64,000 nt of DNA from Kiloniellaceae bacterium (GCA_046758005.1 JBHHZJ010000001.1:28101-92100); one strand, 5' to 3'. Positions 46,570 to 55,946 are shown, numbered from the stretch's first letter. Program-made: numbers and translations. Notes: generated by a model not told the origin, from the letters alone.

Positions 46570-48081
46570 TCAGCCCTCGTAGTTGTCCGCGACCCAGCGG
46601 TCGAGCAGGCGCACGCCGAAGCCGGTGCCGCCTTTCGCCGCGACCGGCTTGTCCTTGGACCCCCAGGTCACGCCCGCGATGTCCAGGTGCGCCCACGGCG
46701 TGCCCTTCTTGATGAAGCGCTGCAGGAACTGCGCCGCGGTGATCGACCCGGCGGAGCGGTTGCCCACGTTCTTCATGTCCGCGGCGTCGCTGTCGACGGC
46801 CTTGTCGTAGGCCTCGCCGAGCGGCATGCGCCACAGCGGCTCGCCGACGCTCTTACCCGCGGCCACAAGCTGCTCGGCCAGCTTGTCGTCGTTGCTGAAC
46901 AAGCCGGCGTGCTCGTGGCCGAGCGCGACGATGATGGCCCCGGTCAGGGTGGCCAGGTCGATGACCGCCCGCGGCTTGAACTTCTCCTGCGCGTACCACA
47001 GCGCATCCGCCAGGACCAGCCGGCCCTCGGCGTCGGTGTTGATCACCTCGATGGTCTGGCCGGACATGGAGGTCACGATGTCGCCGGGGCGCTGCGCAGT
47101 GGCCGAGGGCATGTTTTCGACCAAGCCGCACACGCCGAGCGCATCGACCTTGGCCTTGCGGCCCGCGAGCGCGCGCATCAGCCCGATCACCACACCGGCG
47201 CCCCCCATGTCCCACTTCATGTCCTCCATCTTTGCCGCCGGCTTGATCGAGATGCCGCCGGTGTCGAACGTGACGCCCTTGCCGACGAAGGCGACCGGCC
47301 CGGCGCCCTTCTTGCGGCGGGCACCGTTCCAGCGCATGACCAGCAGTTGCGGCTCCCGGGCCGAGCCCTGTCCGACGCCCAGCAGCGCCCCCATGCCCAA
47401 CCGGCGCATCTCCCGCTCGCCCAGGACCTCGACCGCGACGCCGAGTTTCTGCAACTTCTTGGCTTCCGCGGCCAAGCTTCTGGGATATATGACGTTGGCT
47501 GGCTCCGACACGAGGTCGCGCGTGAAGAACACACCGGCGGCGACCTTCTGCAAGTCGGCGAACGCCCGTTTCGCCGCGGCCGGATTTTCGACCATGATCG
47601 TCACCGCCTTGAGGCTGGGCTTGTCCTCCGGCTTTTCCTTGGTCTTGTACTTGTCAAACCGGTAGGAGCGGAGCAGCGCGCCGAGCCCGTAGCGGGCCGC
47701 CCGGTCGGGCGGGCTCTGCGCGAACTCCTTGATCCCATCCACCATGATGGCGACTTCCTGCTCGCCGGTGCCGCTCAGGTGGGCGACCACCGCGCCGCCG
47801 AGGTGCTCGAGATCGACGTCCTTGAGTTCGCCGGGCTTGCCGAGGCCGACCAGCAGCACGCGGCTGTTGCCGAGCCCAGCCGGCGCCAGGATGTCGAGCA
47901 CCTGTCCCTTCTTGCCCTTGAAGCGGCTCTGCTTCATGGCGCGGGCGAGCGCGCCGCCGGTGGCCTTGTCGAGCCGGGCGGCGGTGGGCGAGAACTTGCC
48001 GCCCTCCATCGCGCCGGTGGCGATTGCGCCCACCTTGGGCAGGCTGGGGGCGGCGAAGTCGATCTTGATCTTCATGGACAT
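46570..48081 (-). CDS. pepA: Leucyl aminopeptidase (M17)
   Basis: VGKGVTFDTGGISIKP, M..DMGGAG, and the NTDAEGRLVLADAL signature. Confidence 0.95.
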   Translation of the reverse strand: MSMKIKIDFAAPSLPKVGAIATGAMEGGKFSPTAARLDKATGGALARAMKQSRFKGKKGQVLDILAPAGLGNSRVLLVGLGKPGELKDVDLEHLGGAVVAHLSGTGEQEVAIMVDGIKEFAQSPPDRAARYGLGALLRSYRFDKYKTKEKPEDKPSLKAVTIMVENPAAAKRAFADLQKVAAGVFFTRDLVSEPANVIYPRSLAAEAKKLQKLGVAVEVLGEREMRRLGMGALLGVGQGSAREPQLLVMRWNGARRKKGAGPVAFVGKGVTFDTGGISIKPAAKMEDMKWDMGGAGVVIGLMRALAGRKAKVDALGVCGLVENMPSATAQRPGDIVTSMSGQTIEVINTDAEGRLVLADALWYAQEKFKPRAVIDLATLTGAIIVALGHEHAGLFSNDDKLAEQLVAAGKSVGEPLWRMPLGEAYDKAVDSDAADMKNVGNRSAGSITAAQFLQRFIKKGTPWAHLDIAGVTWGSKDKPVAAKGGTGFGVRLLDRWVADNYEG

Positions 48082-48302
48082 CCCCTCGGCACTGTCTCAC
48101 AAACCGGGAAACGCGCGCCGTGGCTGACGCCCGCGGCGGCGGCGAAACGCGATCGTGCGCGTACTGCGATATCTGCACGCCCACGGGGCTGTCAACTTCT
48201 TGTCGCACGAAGGAACGCACCGCCGCCGCGCACGGACCCCCGCGCGCGGACGCCGCGATGTGGCTTCCCCTTTGCCCGCCGCGCGTCTATCGTTAGGGCC
48301 GA

Positions 48303-49427
48303 ATGCAGGGGATTAATCGTTACATATTCAACCAGCTTCTCGCCGCCACGGTCGCGATCACCGTGGGCCTGACGTTCGCCGTTTGGCTCACCCAATCGCT
48401 GCGGCTGTTCGATTTCATCGTGAACCGCGGACTTCCCGCCTCGACGTTCTTCTCCTTCGTCGCCCTGCTTCTGCCCTCGTTCGTAGGCATCGTGTTGCCG
48501 ATCGCAACCTTCTGCGCCGTGCTGTTCGTGTATCACAAGCTGATCATGGACAGCGAGCTCGTGGTGCTGCGCGCAGCGGGGCTGTCGCAGCTCCAGCTCG
48601 GCCGCCCGGCCTTTCGGCTGGCCCTGGTCGCCACCCTCGTTGTGTACAGCATTTCGCTATACTTTCTTCCGGCCTCCTACCGGGCGTTCAAGGACCTGCA
48701 GTACCGCCTGCGCGACGACTTCTCCACCGTCCTGCTGCAGGAAGGCGCATTCAATACCGTGACCGACGGGATCACGGTGTACGTGCGCGACCGCACGCCA
48801 AAGGGCGAGCTGCTCGGGATCCTGGTGCACGATACCCGGGACCCGGAGAAGCCCGTGACGATGATGGCCGAACGCGGCGCCCTCGTGCAAAGCGAGACGG
48901 GGCCGCGGGTGGTGATGGTCAACGGCAACCGGCAGCAGCGCGAGGACGACAGCGGACGGGTCTCGCTGCTCTACTTCGACCGGTATACGGTGGAGCTGGC
49001 GCGCCTGCAGGAGACCGTGCACACGCGCTGGCGGGAACCCAAGGAACGCTACTTGGGCGAGCTGTTCAATCCGACCCAACATCCGAGCGACCAGTACTAC
49101 CGCAAGGAGCTCGTGGCCGAAGGTCATCAGCGCCTGATCATGCCCTTGTATACGGTGGCATTCGTCCTGATCGGCCTGGCGGCGCTCCTGTCCGGCGAAT
49201 TCAACCGGCGCGGCCAAACGCGCCGTGTGCTGCTGGCCATCTTCATCGTGGCGTTGCTCGAGGCGCAGTCGCTCACTCTGCACGACTTGGCCGTCGGCTC
49301 GACAGAGGCGATACCGGCTATGTACGCGGGCGTGGGCCTGCCGATCCTGGGCGGCTTGGCCGTGCTGCTGCGAAGGCCGCGGCGGCGCGCCGCCCGGGGC
49401 GACACCGCACAGGCTGCGGTCCAATGA
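48303..49427 (+). CDS. lptF: LPS export ABC transporter permease LptF
   Basis: INRYIFNQLLAATVAITVGLTFAVWLTQSLRLFDFIV is the YjgP/YjgQ family N-terminus. It has 6 TM segments with a periplasmic insert and is divergent from pepA. Confidence 0.85.
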   Translation: MQGINRYIFNQLLAATVAITVGLTFAVWLTQSLRLFDFIVNRGLPASTFFSFVALLLPSFVGIVLPIATFCAVLFVYHKLIMDSELVVLRAAGLSQLQLGRPAFRLALVATLVVYSISLYFLPASYRAFKDLQYRLRDDFSTVLLQEGAFNTVTDGITVYVRDRTPKGELLGILVHDTRDPEKPVTMMAERGALVQSETGPRVVMVNGNRQQREDDSGRVSLLYFDRYTVELARLQETVHTRWREPKERYLGELFNPTQHPSDQYYRKELVAEGHQRLIMPLYTVAFVLIGLAALLSGEFNRRGQTRRVLLAIFIVALLEAQSLTLHDLAVGSTEAIPAMYAGVGLPILGGLAVLLRRPRRRAARGDTAQAAVQ

Positions 49428-50551
49428 CGCGCGTCCTCGACGCCCCCGGCATGCGGCGCTTGCGCCTGTCGGCGACCCTGTCGGGCTACACCGCGCGCCA
49501 GTACGCCTTCTGGTTCGTGAGCTTCCTCCTCGCCCTGACCGGAGTGATCCTCCTGGTCAGCACGGTCGATCTGCTTGACCGCCTGGCCACGAAGAACGCG
49601 TCGCTCGCCGTCGTAATTCACATGGTCCTGCTCAAGCTCCCGTACCTCAGCCAGGAGGTCATGCCGTTCACCATCCTGCTCGCCGGGTTGACGTGCTTCT
49701 GGCGGCTGACGCGCTCGCACGAGCTGGTGATCACGCGCGCGGCGGGCATCTCGATCTGGCAGCTCCTGCTGCCGCCCCTGGCGGTGGCGCTGCTGGTCGG
49801 GGCGCTCACCGTGGGCGCGTTCAATCCGGTGGCCTCGGTCCTGCTCGGCCGGTTCGAGCAGCTCGAGGCCAAGTACATCCGCAATCAGACGAGCACTCTG
49901 GCGATCTCGAGCAGCGGGCTGTGGCTGCGGCAGGCCGACCCGGACGGCCAGTCGGTCATCCATGCCCAGCGGGTGACCAACGATCCGATGGTGCTGCATT
50001 CCGTCATCGTGTTCCGGTTCGCCGACCAGGACCGATTCCTGGAGCGCGTCGATGCCAAGCGCGCCGAGCTGGCGGCCGACCGCTGGCTGCTCTACGAGGC
50101 CTGGCAATCCAAGCCCGGCGCGCCGCCCCGTTATCATCCGGAAATGGAAATCCCGACCGGGCTGACCCGCGAGAAGATCCTGAACAGCTTCGCGCCGCCC
50201 GAGACCATTTCGTTCTGGAGCCTGCCCGGTTTCATCAACCTGCTGGAGAAGGCCGGGTTTTCGGCGGTGCGCCACAGGCTCCAGCTGCACCGCCTGCTGG
50301 CGACGCCGATCCTGTTCGCCGCCATGGTGCTTCTGGCGGCCACGTTTTCCCTGCGGCCGCAGCGACGCGGCCGGGTCGGCCTGATCATCCTCGGGGGCGT
50401 GCTGACCGGGTTCCTGGTCTATTTCCTGTCCAATTTCGTGTTCGCCTTAGGCCTGTCGACCAAAATTCCGGTCGTTCTCGCCGCCTGGACGCCGGCTGGC
50501 GTCAGCCTCATGCTCGGCATCGCCACGCTGCTCCATCTCGAAGATGGTTAG
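49424..50551 (+). CDS. lptG: LPS export ABC transporter permease LptG
   Basis: The ATG at 49424 overlaps the lptF stop (ATGA). LSGYTARQYAFWFVSFLLALTGVILLVSTVDLLDR is the YjgP/YjgQ family. 375 aa. Confidence 0.85.
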   Translation: MTRVLDAPGMRRLRLSATLSGYTARQYAFWFVSFLLALTGVILLVSTVDLLDRLATKNASLAVVIHMVLLKLPYLSQEVMPFTILLAGLTCFWRLTRSHELVITRAAGISIWQLLLPPLAVALLVGALTVGAFNPVASVLLGRFEQLEAKYIRNQTSTLAISSSGLWLRQADPDGQSVIHAQRVTNDPMVLHSVIVFRFADQDRFLERVDAKRAELAADRWLLYEAWQSKPGAPPRYHPEMEIPTGLTREKILNSFAPPETISFWSLPGFINLLEKAGFSAVRHRLQLHRLLATPILFAAMVLLAATFSLRPQRRGRVGLIILGGVLTGFLVYFLSNFVFALGLSTKIPVVLAAWTPAGVSLMLGIATLLHLEDG

Positions 50552-50559
50552 ACGCGGCC

Positions 50560-52764
50560 ATGCTGGGGGGAATCAAGACGGCCGTCGGGGCCCTCGCTGG
50601 AGCGCTGCTGCTCCTGGGGGCGCTCGCTTGGCCGGTCGCCGCCCAGGGCTTGATCAGCGACGTTCCGGCGCTGATTAGCGCCGATCGGATCACCTACGAC
50701 GAGAACCTGGGCGTGGTGACCGCCTCGGGCAACGTCGAGATTTCGCAGGACGGCCGGGTGCTGCTCGCCGACACCGTCTCGTACAACGTGCGCAACGACG
50801 TGGTCAGCGCGTCCGGCAACGTCTCGCTCTTGGAGCCGACCGGCGAGGTGATCTTCGCCGACTTCGTCGAACTGACGCAGAGCCTGCGCGAGGGCTTCAT
50901 TCGCGACATTCGGATTCTGCTCACTGACCGAAGCCGGCTGGCCGCCGCCAGCGCGCTGCGCACCGGCGGCAACAGGACGGTCTTCCGCAAGGCCGTGTTC
51001 AGCCCGTGCGAGCTGTGCCGGGAGGATCCCACGCGGGCGCCGCTTTGGCAGCTCAAGGCGATCGAAGTCGAGCACGACCAGGAGGACAAGGTCATCCGTT
51101 ACCGGGACGCCTGGATGGAGATCTTCGGGGTACCCGTGTTCTACACCCCGTATTTCGAACACCCGGACCCGACGGTCGAGCGCAAGACCGGTTTCCTCGC
51201 CCCGACCATCGGCAGTTCGGAGGTGCTCGGCGCCACCTACCAGCAACCGTTCTACTGGGCGATCGGCCCCAACCGGGACGCCACGATCGCGCCCATCATC
51301 ACGACCAAGCAGAGCATCGCCGTGGCCGGCGAATACCGTGAACTTTACCCCTACGGCACGGTCACCTTGCGCGGCAGCGGCACCGTCGCCGACCGCGAGG
51401 AGACGGACGGCACAATCGAGGAAGACCGCTTTCGCGGACACATCGACGGCACCGGCCGCTTCGAGATCAACCAGACCTGGCGCTCGGGCGTCGACGTCCA
51501 GCGCGCGACCGATGATACCTACCTGCGAATCTACAACTTTTCCACGGCCCGGACGTTGACCAGCCGGGCTTTCGTGGAGGGGTTCAACGGGCGCAACTAC
51601 CTGGCCGCCAACGGGTATCTGTTCCAGGGACTGCGCGCCACCGACCGCCAGTCGGAATCGCCCATCGTCCTGCCGCTGGTCGACTACAACTACGTCGGCG
51701 AGCCGGGCGTGGCCGGCGGCCACAACACCCTGGACGCGAACCTGATGGCGCTGACGCGCCGCGACGGGCGCGACAGCCGCCGGCTGTCGGCCTCCGTGGG
51801 CTGGGAGTTGCCCTATACGGGGCCGGCGGGGGACGTCTACACCGTCACGGCCCGCGTGCAGGGCGACGGCTACTGGGTGAACGACGTCGATCCGGAGAGC
51901 GACGAGGTCAATCCGACGGGTCCGAGAGTCGACGACCTCACCGGGCGAATCCTTCCCCAACTCGCGGTCAAATGGCGCTATCCCTGGGTGCGCCACGACG
52001 GCAGCATCAATCAGGTCGTCGAGCCCATGGCTCAGGCGGTGGCCGCCCCCGGCGGCGCCAACCCGGACGAGATCCCGAACGAGGACAGTCTCGACTTCGA
52101 GTTCGACGACACGAACCTCTTCAGCCTGAACCGCTTCCCCGGTTTGGACCGCGTCGATTCCGGATCGCGTTTCGATTATGGCATCCAGTGGACGCTCACG
52201 GGCGAGGGCGTGGGATACACGAGCGCATTCATCGGCCAGAGCTTCCGGGTGCGGGAGGCGGACGTGTTCCCGGACAACTCGGGCGTGGAGGACAACTTTT
52301 CCGACATCGTCGGCCGCGTGCAGGTCAAGCCGACCCACGAACTCGATCTGCTATACCGGTTCCGCTTTGACAAGGACGACCTCGAGGCGCGGCGCAGCGA
52401 GGTCGACGTCCGCGTCGGTCCCCCGGCGCTTAACCTGGATCTGGGCTACATCTTCATCGATTCCGAACTCGGCCAGGACGAGTTCGGCGAGCGTGAGGAG
52501 CTAAACTGGACCTTGAGCTCGAAACTGAGCCGGTACTGGTCCGCCTTCGGGGGGCAGCGCATCGACCTCACCAAGAGCGAGACCCGGCAGGCCCGCGTCG
52601 GATTGACCTACCAGGACGAATGCTTCCTGATCCAGGCCGTGGCGGAACGAAATTTCTTCTCGGACCGGGAGATCGAACCCGAGAATTCCTTCTTCGTCAG
52701 CATCGTGTTCAAGCACTTGGGCGGCGTCTCTACCGCCGATACTCCAAATTTGTTCCAGCAGTAG
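50560..52764 (+). CDS. lptD: LPS-assembly outer-membrane protein LptD
   Basis: Signal peptide, then an OstA-like N-terminal domain (ADRITYDENLGVVTASGNVEISQDGRVLLADTVSYN...VSASGNV) and a large beta-barrel (FGVPVFYTPYF..PDP...RKTGFL.P). 734 aa. Confidence 0.9.
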   Translation: MLGGIKTAVGALAGALLLLGALAWPVAAQGLISDVPALISADRITYDENLGVVTASGNVEISQDGRVLLADTVSYNVRNDVVSASGNVSLLEPTGEVIFADFVELTQSLREGFIRDIRILLTDRSRLAAASALRTGGNRTVFRKAVFSPCELCREDPTRAPLWQLKAIEVEHDQEDKVIRYRDAWMEIFGVPVFYTPYFEHPDPTVERKTGFLAPTIGSSEVLGATYQQPFYWAIGPNRDATIAPIITTKQSIAVAGEYRELYPYGTVTLRGSGTVADREETDGTIEEDRFRGHIDGTGRFEINQTWRSGVDVQRATDDTYLRIYNFSTARTLTSRAFVEGFNGRNYLAANGYLFQGLRATDRQSESPIVLPLVDYNYVGEPGVAGGHNTLDANLMALTRRDGRDSRRLSASVGWELPYTGPAGDVYTVTARVQGDGYWVNDVDPESDEVNPTGPRVDDLTGRILPQLAVKWRYPWVRHDGSINQVVEPMAQAVAAPGGANPDEIPNEDSLDFEFDDTNLFSLNRFPGLDRVDSGSRFDYGIQWTLTGEGVGYTSAFIGQSFRVREADVFPDNSGVEDNFSDIVGRVQVKPTHELDLLYRFRFDKDDLEARRSEVDVRVGPPALNLDLGYIFIDSELGQDEFGEREELNWTLSSKLSRYWSAFGGQRIDLTKSETRQARVGLTYQDECFLIQAVAERNFFSDREIEPENSFFVSIVFKHLGGVSTADTPNLFQQ

Positions 52765-52859
52765 GGCCGCCATCCGGGGGGCCGGCCCGCGTTGCACGGC
52801 ATCGAGGCCAGGGTCGAATGCGGCGCCAACACGACGACGGCACGGCGCGAGCGCATCTT

Positions 52860-52881
52860 TTCGGCCGCCCTCGCGGCCGAA
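52860..52881 (+). terminator. Hairpin downstream of lptD (weak terminator candidate)
   Basis: TTCGGCCGC (52860-52868), loop CCTC, GCGGCCGAA (52873-52881). The trailing sequence CGCTTGCCGTTTGCC is only weakly T-rich. Confidence 0.35.
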
Positions 52882-52952
52882 CGCTTGCCGTTTGCCCGCT
52901 TTCATGTAGCCTAGCGGGAACGGTCGGGGCCTGTTTTCGGGGGGAAGTCGCC

Positions 52953-53477
52953 GTGCGGCGCGCCGTATCGTTCTCGGTGCTGTCGATCCTGTTGCTGGGA
53001 GCGAGCCCGCCCGCGGCTGCCGAGGGGGCGGCCTACGCCCGTGCCCCGGCCGTCAAGGCCGACAAGATCGTCGTCCTCAAGGGCGCGCGCCGGCTACTCC
53101 TGCTGCGCCAAGGCGCGGTCGTGCGCGCCTACCGCGTCGCCCTCGGACGCAATCCGAACGGGGCGAAGGTCCGCGAGGGCGACGGCCGGACCCCGGAGGG
53201 GCGCTACGTGCTGGATTGGCGCAACCCGCGCAGCCGGTTCTACCGCTCGATCCACATCTCCTATCCGAACCCGGCGGACCGCGCGCGGGCGCGCCGGCTC
53301 GGCGTGGCGCCCGGCGGCGACATCATGATCCACGGCTTTCCACGGCGCCTGGAAGCGCCGGGGGCGCAGCACGGCCGATGGGACTGGACAAATGGCTGCA
53401 TCGCCGTCACGAATGCGGAAATGGATGAAATCTGGCATGCCGTGGCCGATGGGACGCCGATCGAGATCCTGCCTTAG
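52953..53477 (+). CDS. YafK/LdtF(DpaA)-like YkuD-fold protein (secreted)
   Basis: The GTG at 52953 follows GGGGAAG. A signal-like N-terminus is followed by GDGRTPEGRYVLDWRNPRSRFYRSIHISYPNPADRARA...GGDIMIHG...TNGCIAVTNAEMDEIW. This parallels E. coli YafK (GDFKSPEGFY...DSRYYKAINIGFPNAYDRAHG...YLMIHG...SIGCYAMTNQGIDEIF). Confidence 0.75.
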   Translation: MRRAVSFSVLSILLLGASPPAAAEGAAYARAPAVKADKIVVLKGARRLLLLRQGAVVRAYRVALGRNPNGAKVREGDGRTPEGRYVLDWRNPRSRFYRSIHISYPNPADRARARRLGVAPGGDIMIHGFPRRLEAPGAQHGRWDWTNGCIAVTNAEMDEIWHAVADGTPIEILP

Positions 53478-53630
53478 GCCCCGGTCGCGCGGATTCGGTT
53501 TGATCGAGATCAACGCGATGCGCCGGAGCGACCCCTAGTGTTGCCCCTTTCGTATCGCGCAGCACGCATCGAGCGTGCAACGTCTGCTCGTAGACGTACG
53601 ACCTTGGAGGGACTCTATCGGGAGGATGAC

Positions 53631-53918
53631 ATGCGTTCTTTGGCGAGGTTCACCGCGGCGGTCGCACTCGTGTCCCCGGTCCTTCTCGCGGCAGGGTGCG
53701 CTAAACAGGGCGACCTCGACGCCCTGCGCAGCGACGTCAGCGCGATCCGCAGCGACCTGGACTCGCTGCGCAGCGAGATGGCGCAAAGCCAAAGCGTGGC
53801 CCGCAAGGCCGCGGACGATGCGGCCGCCGCCGCCGCCGAGGCGCGCCGCGCGTCAAGCGAGGCGAAAGCGGCCAGCGACAAGGCCGACCGGATCTACCGA
53901 CAGTCGCTGCGCAAGTAG
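53631..53918 (+). CDS. lpp: Braun-lipoprotein (Lpp)-like alanine-zipper lipoprotein with C-terminal Lys
   Basis: GGAGGA lies 4 nt before the ATG at 53631. Signal plus lipobox: MRSLARFTAAVALVSPVLLAAGC. Heptads LDALRSDVSAIRSDLDSLRSEM...AADDAAAAAAEARRA compare with E. coli Lpp [39 protein letters not shown]. The product ends ...SLRK (E. coli ...KYRK). Confidence 0.65.
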   Translation: MRSLARFTAAVALVSPVLLAAGCAKQGDLDALRSDVSAIRSDLDSLRSEMAQSQSVARKAADDAAAAAAEARRASSEAKAASDKADRIYRQSLRK

Positions 53919-53942
53919 CGGCGGTTCGGCACGGGGCGGCGG

Positions 53943-54848
53943 TTAGCGCGTGATCCGGACCGGCACACCCCGGCGTTCGGCCGCCGCCCGCTGGATTGCC
54001 GGCCAGTCGAGCCGAACCGCCTGATCAGCCGCAGCGCGCACGACTCGCCACGCCAGGTCGGATACGGCCGCCGGCGTGAAGCGGCCCTGCGCCTCGATCT
54101 CGTCGGCCTGCGCCTGCGTCGGGTGGACCTCCAGATACAGTTCGCCGCCCGAGCGGCCGAGCTTGACCGGCTGGTCGATGACGGTGACGCGCGTGCCGAC
54201 CGTCACCCGCTCGAACAGACGCGCGATGTCCTCCGGGTAGAGGCGTATGCAGCCGTGGCTGACCCGGCGGCCGATCCCGTCGGGCTTGTTCGTGCCGTGG
54301 ATGACGAAGCCGCGCCAGCCGAGGTCGAGCGCGTAGGCGCCGAGAGGGTTGTTCGGGCCGGGCGGCACCGCGGCCGGCAGGTCGGGTTGTTCGGCGCGGA
54401 TCGACGGCGGCGGAATCCAGGTCGGGTTCGTGCGTTTGCCGACGACTTCGGTGCGGCCGAGCGGCGTCTCCCAACCCTGCCTTCCGATCCCGATCGGAAA
54501 GCTCATGACCGGCTCGCCCGGGCCGGAAAAGTAATAGAGCCGCTGCTCGGCCAGGTTGATCACGATCCCGTCCCGCGGCCCCTCGGGCAGCACGTGCGCC
54601 GCAGGCAGCAGCAGGCGGGCGCCGGCCCCCGGCAGCCACGGATCCACACCGGGGTTGGCGGCGCGCAGCTCGACGAAGCCGAGGTCGTAGCGCCGCGCGA
54701 TCCCGATCAGGGTCTCGGTCTCGCCGACCTTGTGCGTCGCGATGCTGCCGACCAGGTCGCCGGTCCGCGGGGCCGCGCCAGCGGCGCCGTTTGCCCCACT
54801 CAAGAGGGCGGCGAGCACGCCCAGAACGGCCACGATTCTCTCGCGCAT
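53943..54848 (-). CDS. L,D-transpeptidase of the ErfK/YbiS/YcfS type (LysM + YkuD + C-terminal domain)
   Basis: Colinear with E. coli ErfK: HKVGETETLIGIARRYDLGFVELRAANPGVD.WLP, GIVINLAEQRLYYF, PIGIGRQGWETP, NPTWIPP, VPPGPNNPLGAYAL, HGTN...GIGRRVSHGCIRLYPEDI, VIDQPVK, and the C-terminal GVPVRITR. Confidence 0.85.
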   Translation of the reverse strand: MRERIVAVLGVLAALLSGANGAAGAAPRTGDLVGSIATHKVGETETLIGIARRYDLGFVELRAANPGVDPWLPGAGARLLLPAAHVLPEGPRDGIVINLAEQRLYYFSGPGEPVMSFPIGIGRQGWETPLGRTEVVGKRTNPTWIPPPSIRAEQPDLPAAVPPGPNNPLGAYALDLGWRGFVIHGTNKPDGIGRRVSHGCIRLYPEDIARLFERVTVGTRVTVIDQPVKLGRSGGELYLEVHPTQAQADEIEAQGRFTPAAVSDLAWRVVRAAADQAVRLDWPAIQRAAAERRGVPVRITR

Positions 54849-54873
54849 GAATCCGCTCCGATCGCTTGGCGGC

Positions 54874-55878
54874 TCAAATCCAGCGGGCGAGGCGCCCGAC
54901 GGCCGCGCGGTGATCCAGGCGCCCGAGGCCGTAACGGCGGGCCAATTGGAGCGCGTCGCGATATTCCGCGGAGGTGATGGGACGGTTGATTTCCGGGGCC
55001 TCCGCCGCCTTGAAGCACGGCCGGTACTGGTCCATCAGGTTCAGGTAGGTGTCGGGCGAGATTTCCTCGGCCAGGAACCTGATGACATCCTCGCTCCCCG
55101 CGATCCCGCCCGGCAGGACCAGGTGACGGACCAGCAGGCCGCGCCGCGCGAGGCCGTCCTCGTCGAGCACCAGGTCGCCGACCTGGCGGTGCATTTCGCG
55201 CAGCGCCGCCCGGTTGTGCCGAACGTAGTCCTTGATGTGCGAGTACCGCCGGGCGAGCCCCGACTCCCCGTACTTCATGTCGGGCATGTAGACGTCGATC
55301 ACGCCGTCGAGCAGGGCGAGCGCCTCCGGGCTGTCGCAGCCCCCGGTGTTGTAGACCAGCGGCAGGCGCAGTCCCCGCGCCGCCGCGATGGCCACCGCGG
55401 CCAGGATTTGCGCTACCACGTGGCTCGGACTGACCAGGTTGACGTTGTGGCAACCCATCTCCTGGAGGCGCAGCATCATCGCCGCAAGCTGCTCGGCCGT
55501 GACCTCGTGGCCCTCGCCCTTCCAGCTGACCTCCCAGTTCTGACAGTAGACGCAGCGCAGGTTGCACCAGGAAAAGAAGATCGTGCCGGACCCGCGCCAG
55601 CCGCGCAGGCAGTCCTCCTCGCCGTGATGCGGCCCATAGGACGAGACGATCGCGCGCGCCCCCGTGCGGCAGACCGCGCCTCGCACGCTCTCCTTGCGGT
55701 TCACGCGGCAATACCGGGCGCAAAGATCGCAGTCCTCCAGGCGCCGGTCGGCCAGCCGGGCGCGCTCGGCCAGTTCGCCGGAGCGCACGAGGCCGAGGTA
55801 GGCCGGATCGAGGTCGCGCCGTGCGCTTCCCGGCCGCGTTGCACCCATGCCGGCGACCGCGGTCTGTGAAACGCTCAT
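54874..55878 (-). CDS. Radical SAM protein, PflX-like (homologue of pyruvate formate-lyase activase; COG1313-type)
   Basis: CX3CX2C motif CNLRCVYCQN, preceded by an extra Cys cluster (CDLCARYCRVNR...CRTG). The rest resembles my recollection of PflX-type proteins (VNLVSPSHVVAQIL...VYNTGGCDS...VDVYMPDMKY). The ATG at 55878 gives 334 aa. It is 25 nt upstream of the LDT gene on the same strand. Confidence 0.8.
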   Translation of the reverse strand: MSVSQTAVAGMGATRPGSARRDLDPAYLGLVRSGELAERARLADRRLEDCDLCARYCRVNRKESVRGAVCRTGARAIVSSYGPHHGEEDCLRGWRGSGTIFFSWCNLRCVYCQNWEVSWKGEGHEVTAEQLAAMMLRLQEMGCHNVNLVSPSHVVAQILAAVAIAAARGLRLPLVYNTGGCDSPEALALLDGVIDVYMPDMKYGESGLARRYSHIKDYVRHNRAALREMHRQVGDLVLDEDGLARRGLLVRHLVLPGGIAGSEDVIRFLAEEISPDTYLNLMDQYRPCFKAAEAPEINRPITSAEYRDALQLARRYGLGRLDHRAAVGRLARWI

Positions 55879-55908
55879 GACCTTTTCCTTCCGCCGGCCA
55901 GGCCGGCG

Positions 55909-55929
55909 CTTGCACAACGTCTGTGCAAG
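55909..55929. promoter_or_regulatory. 21-bp perfect palindrome CTTGCACA-ACGTC-TGTGCAAG in the divergent radical-SAM intergenic region (candidate operator)
   Basis: Read directly: 8-bp arms at 55909-55916 and 55922-55929. The site lies 31 nt from the PflX-like ATG (55878) and 18 nt from the earliest possible amrS start (55947). Confidence 0.4.
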
Positions 55930-55946
55930 CTTAACATAAGCATAAG

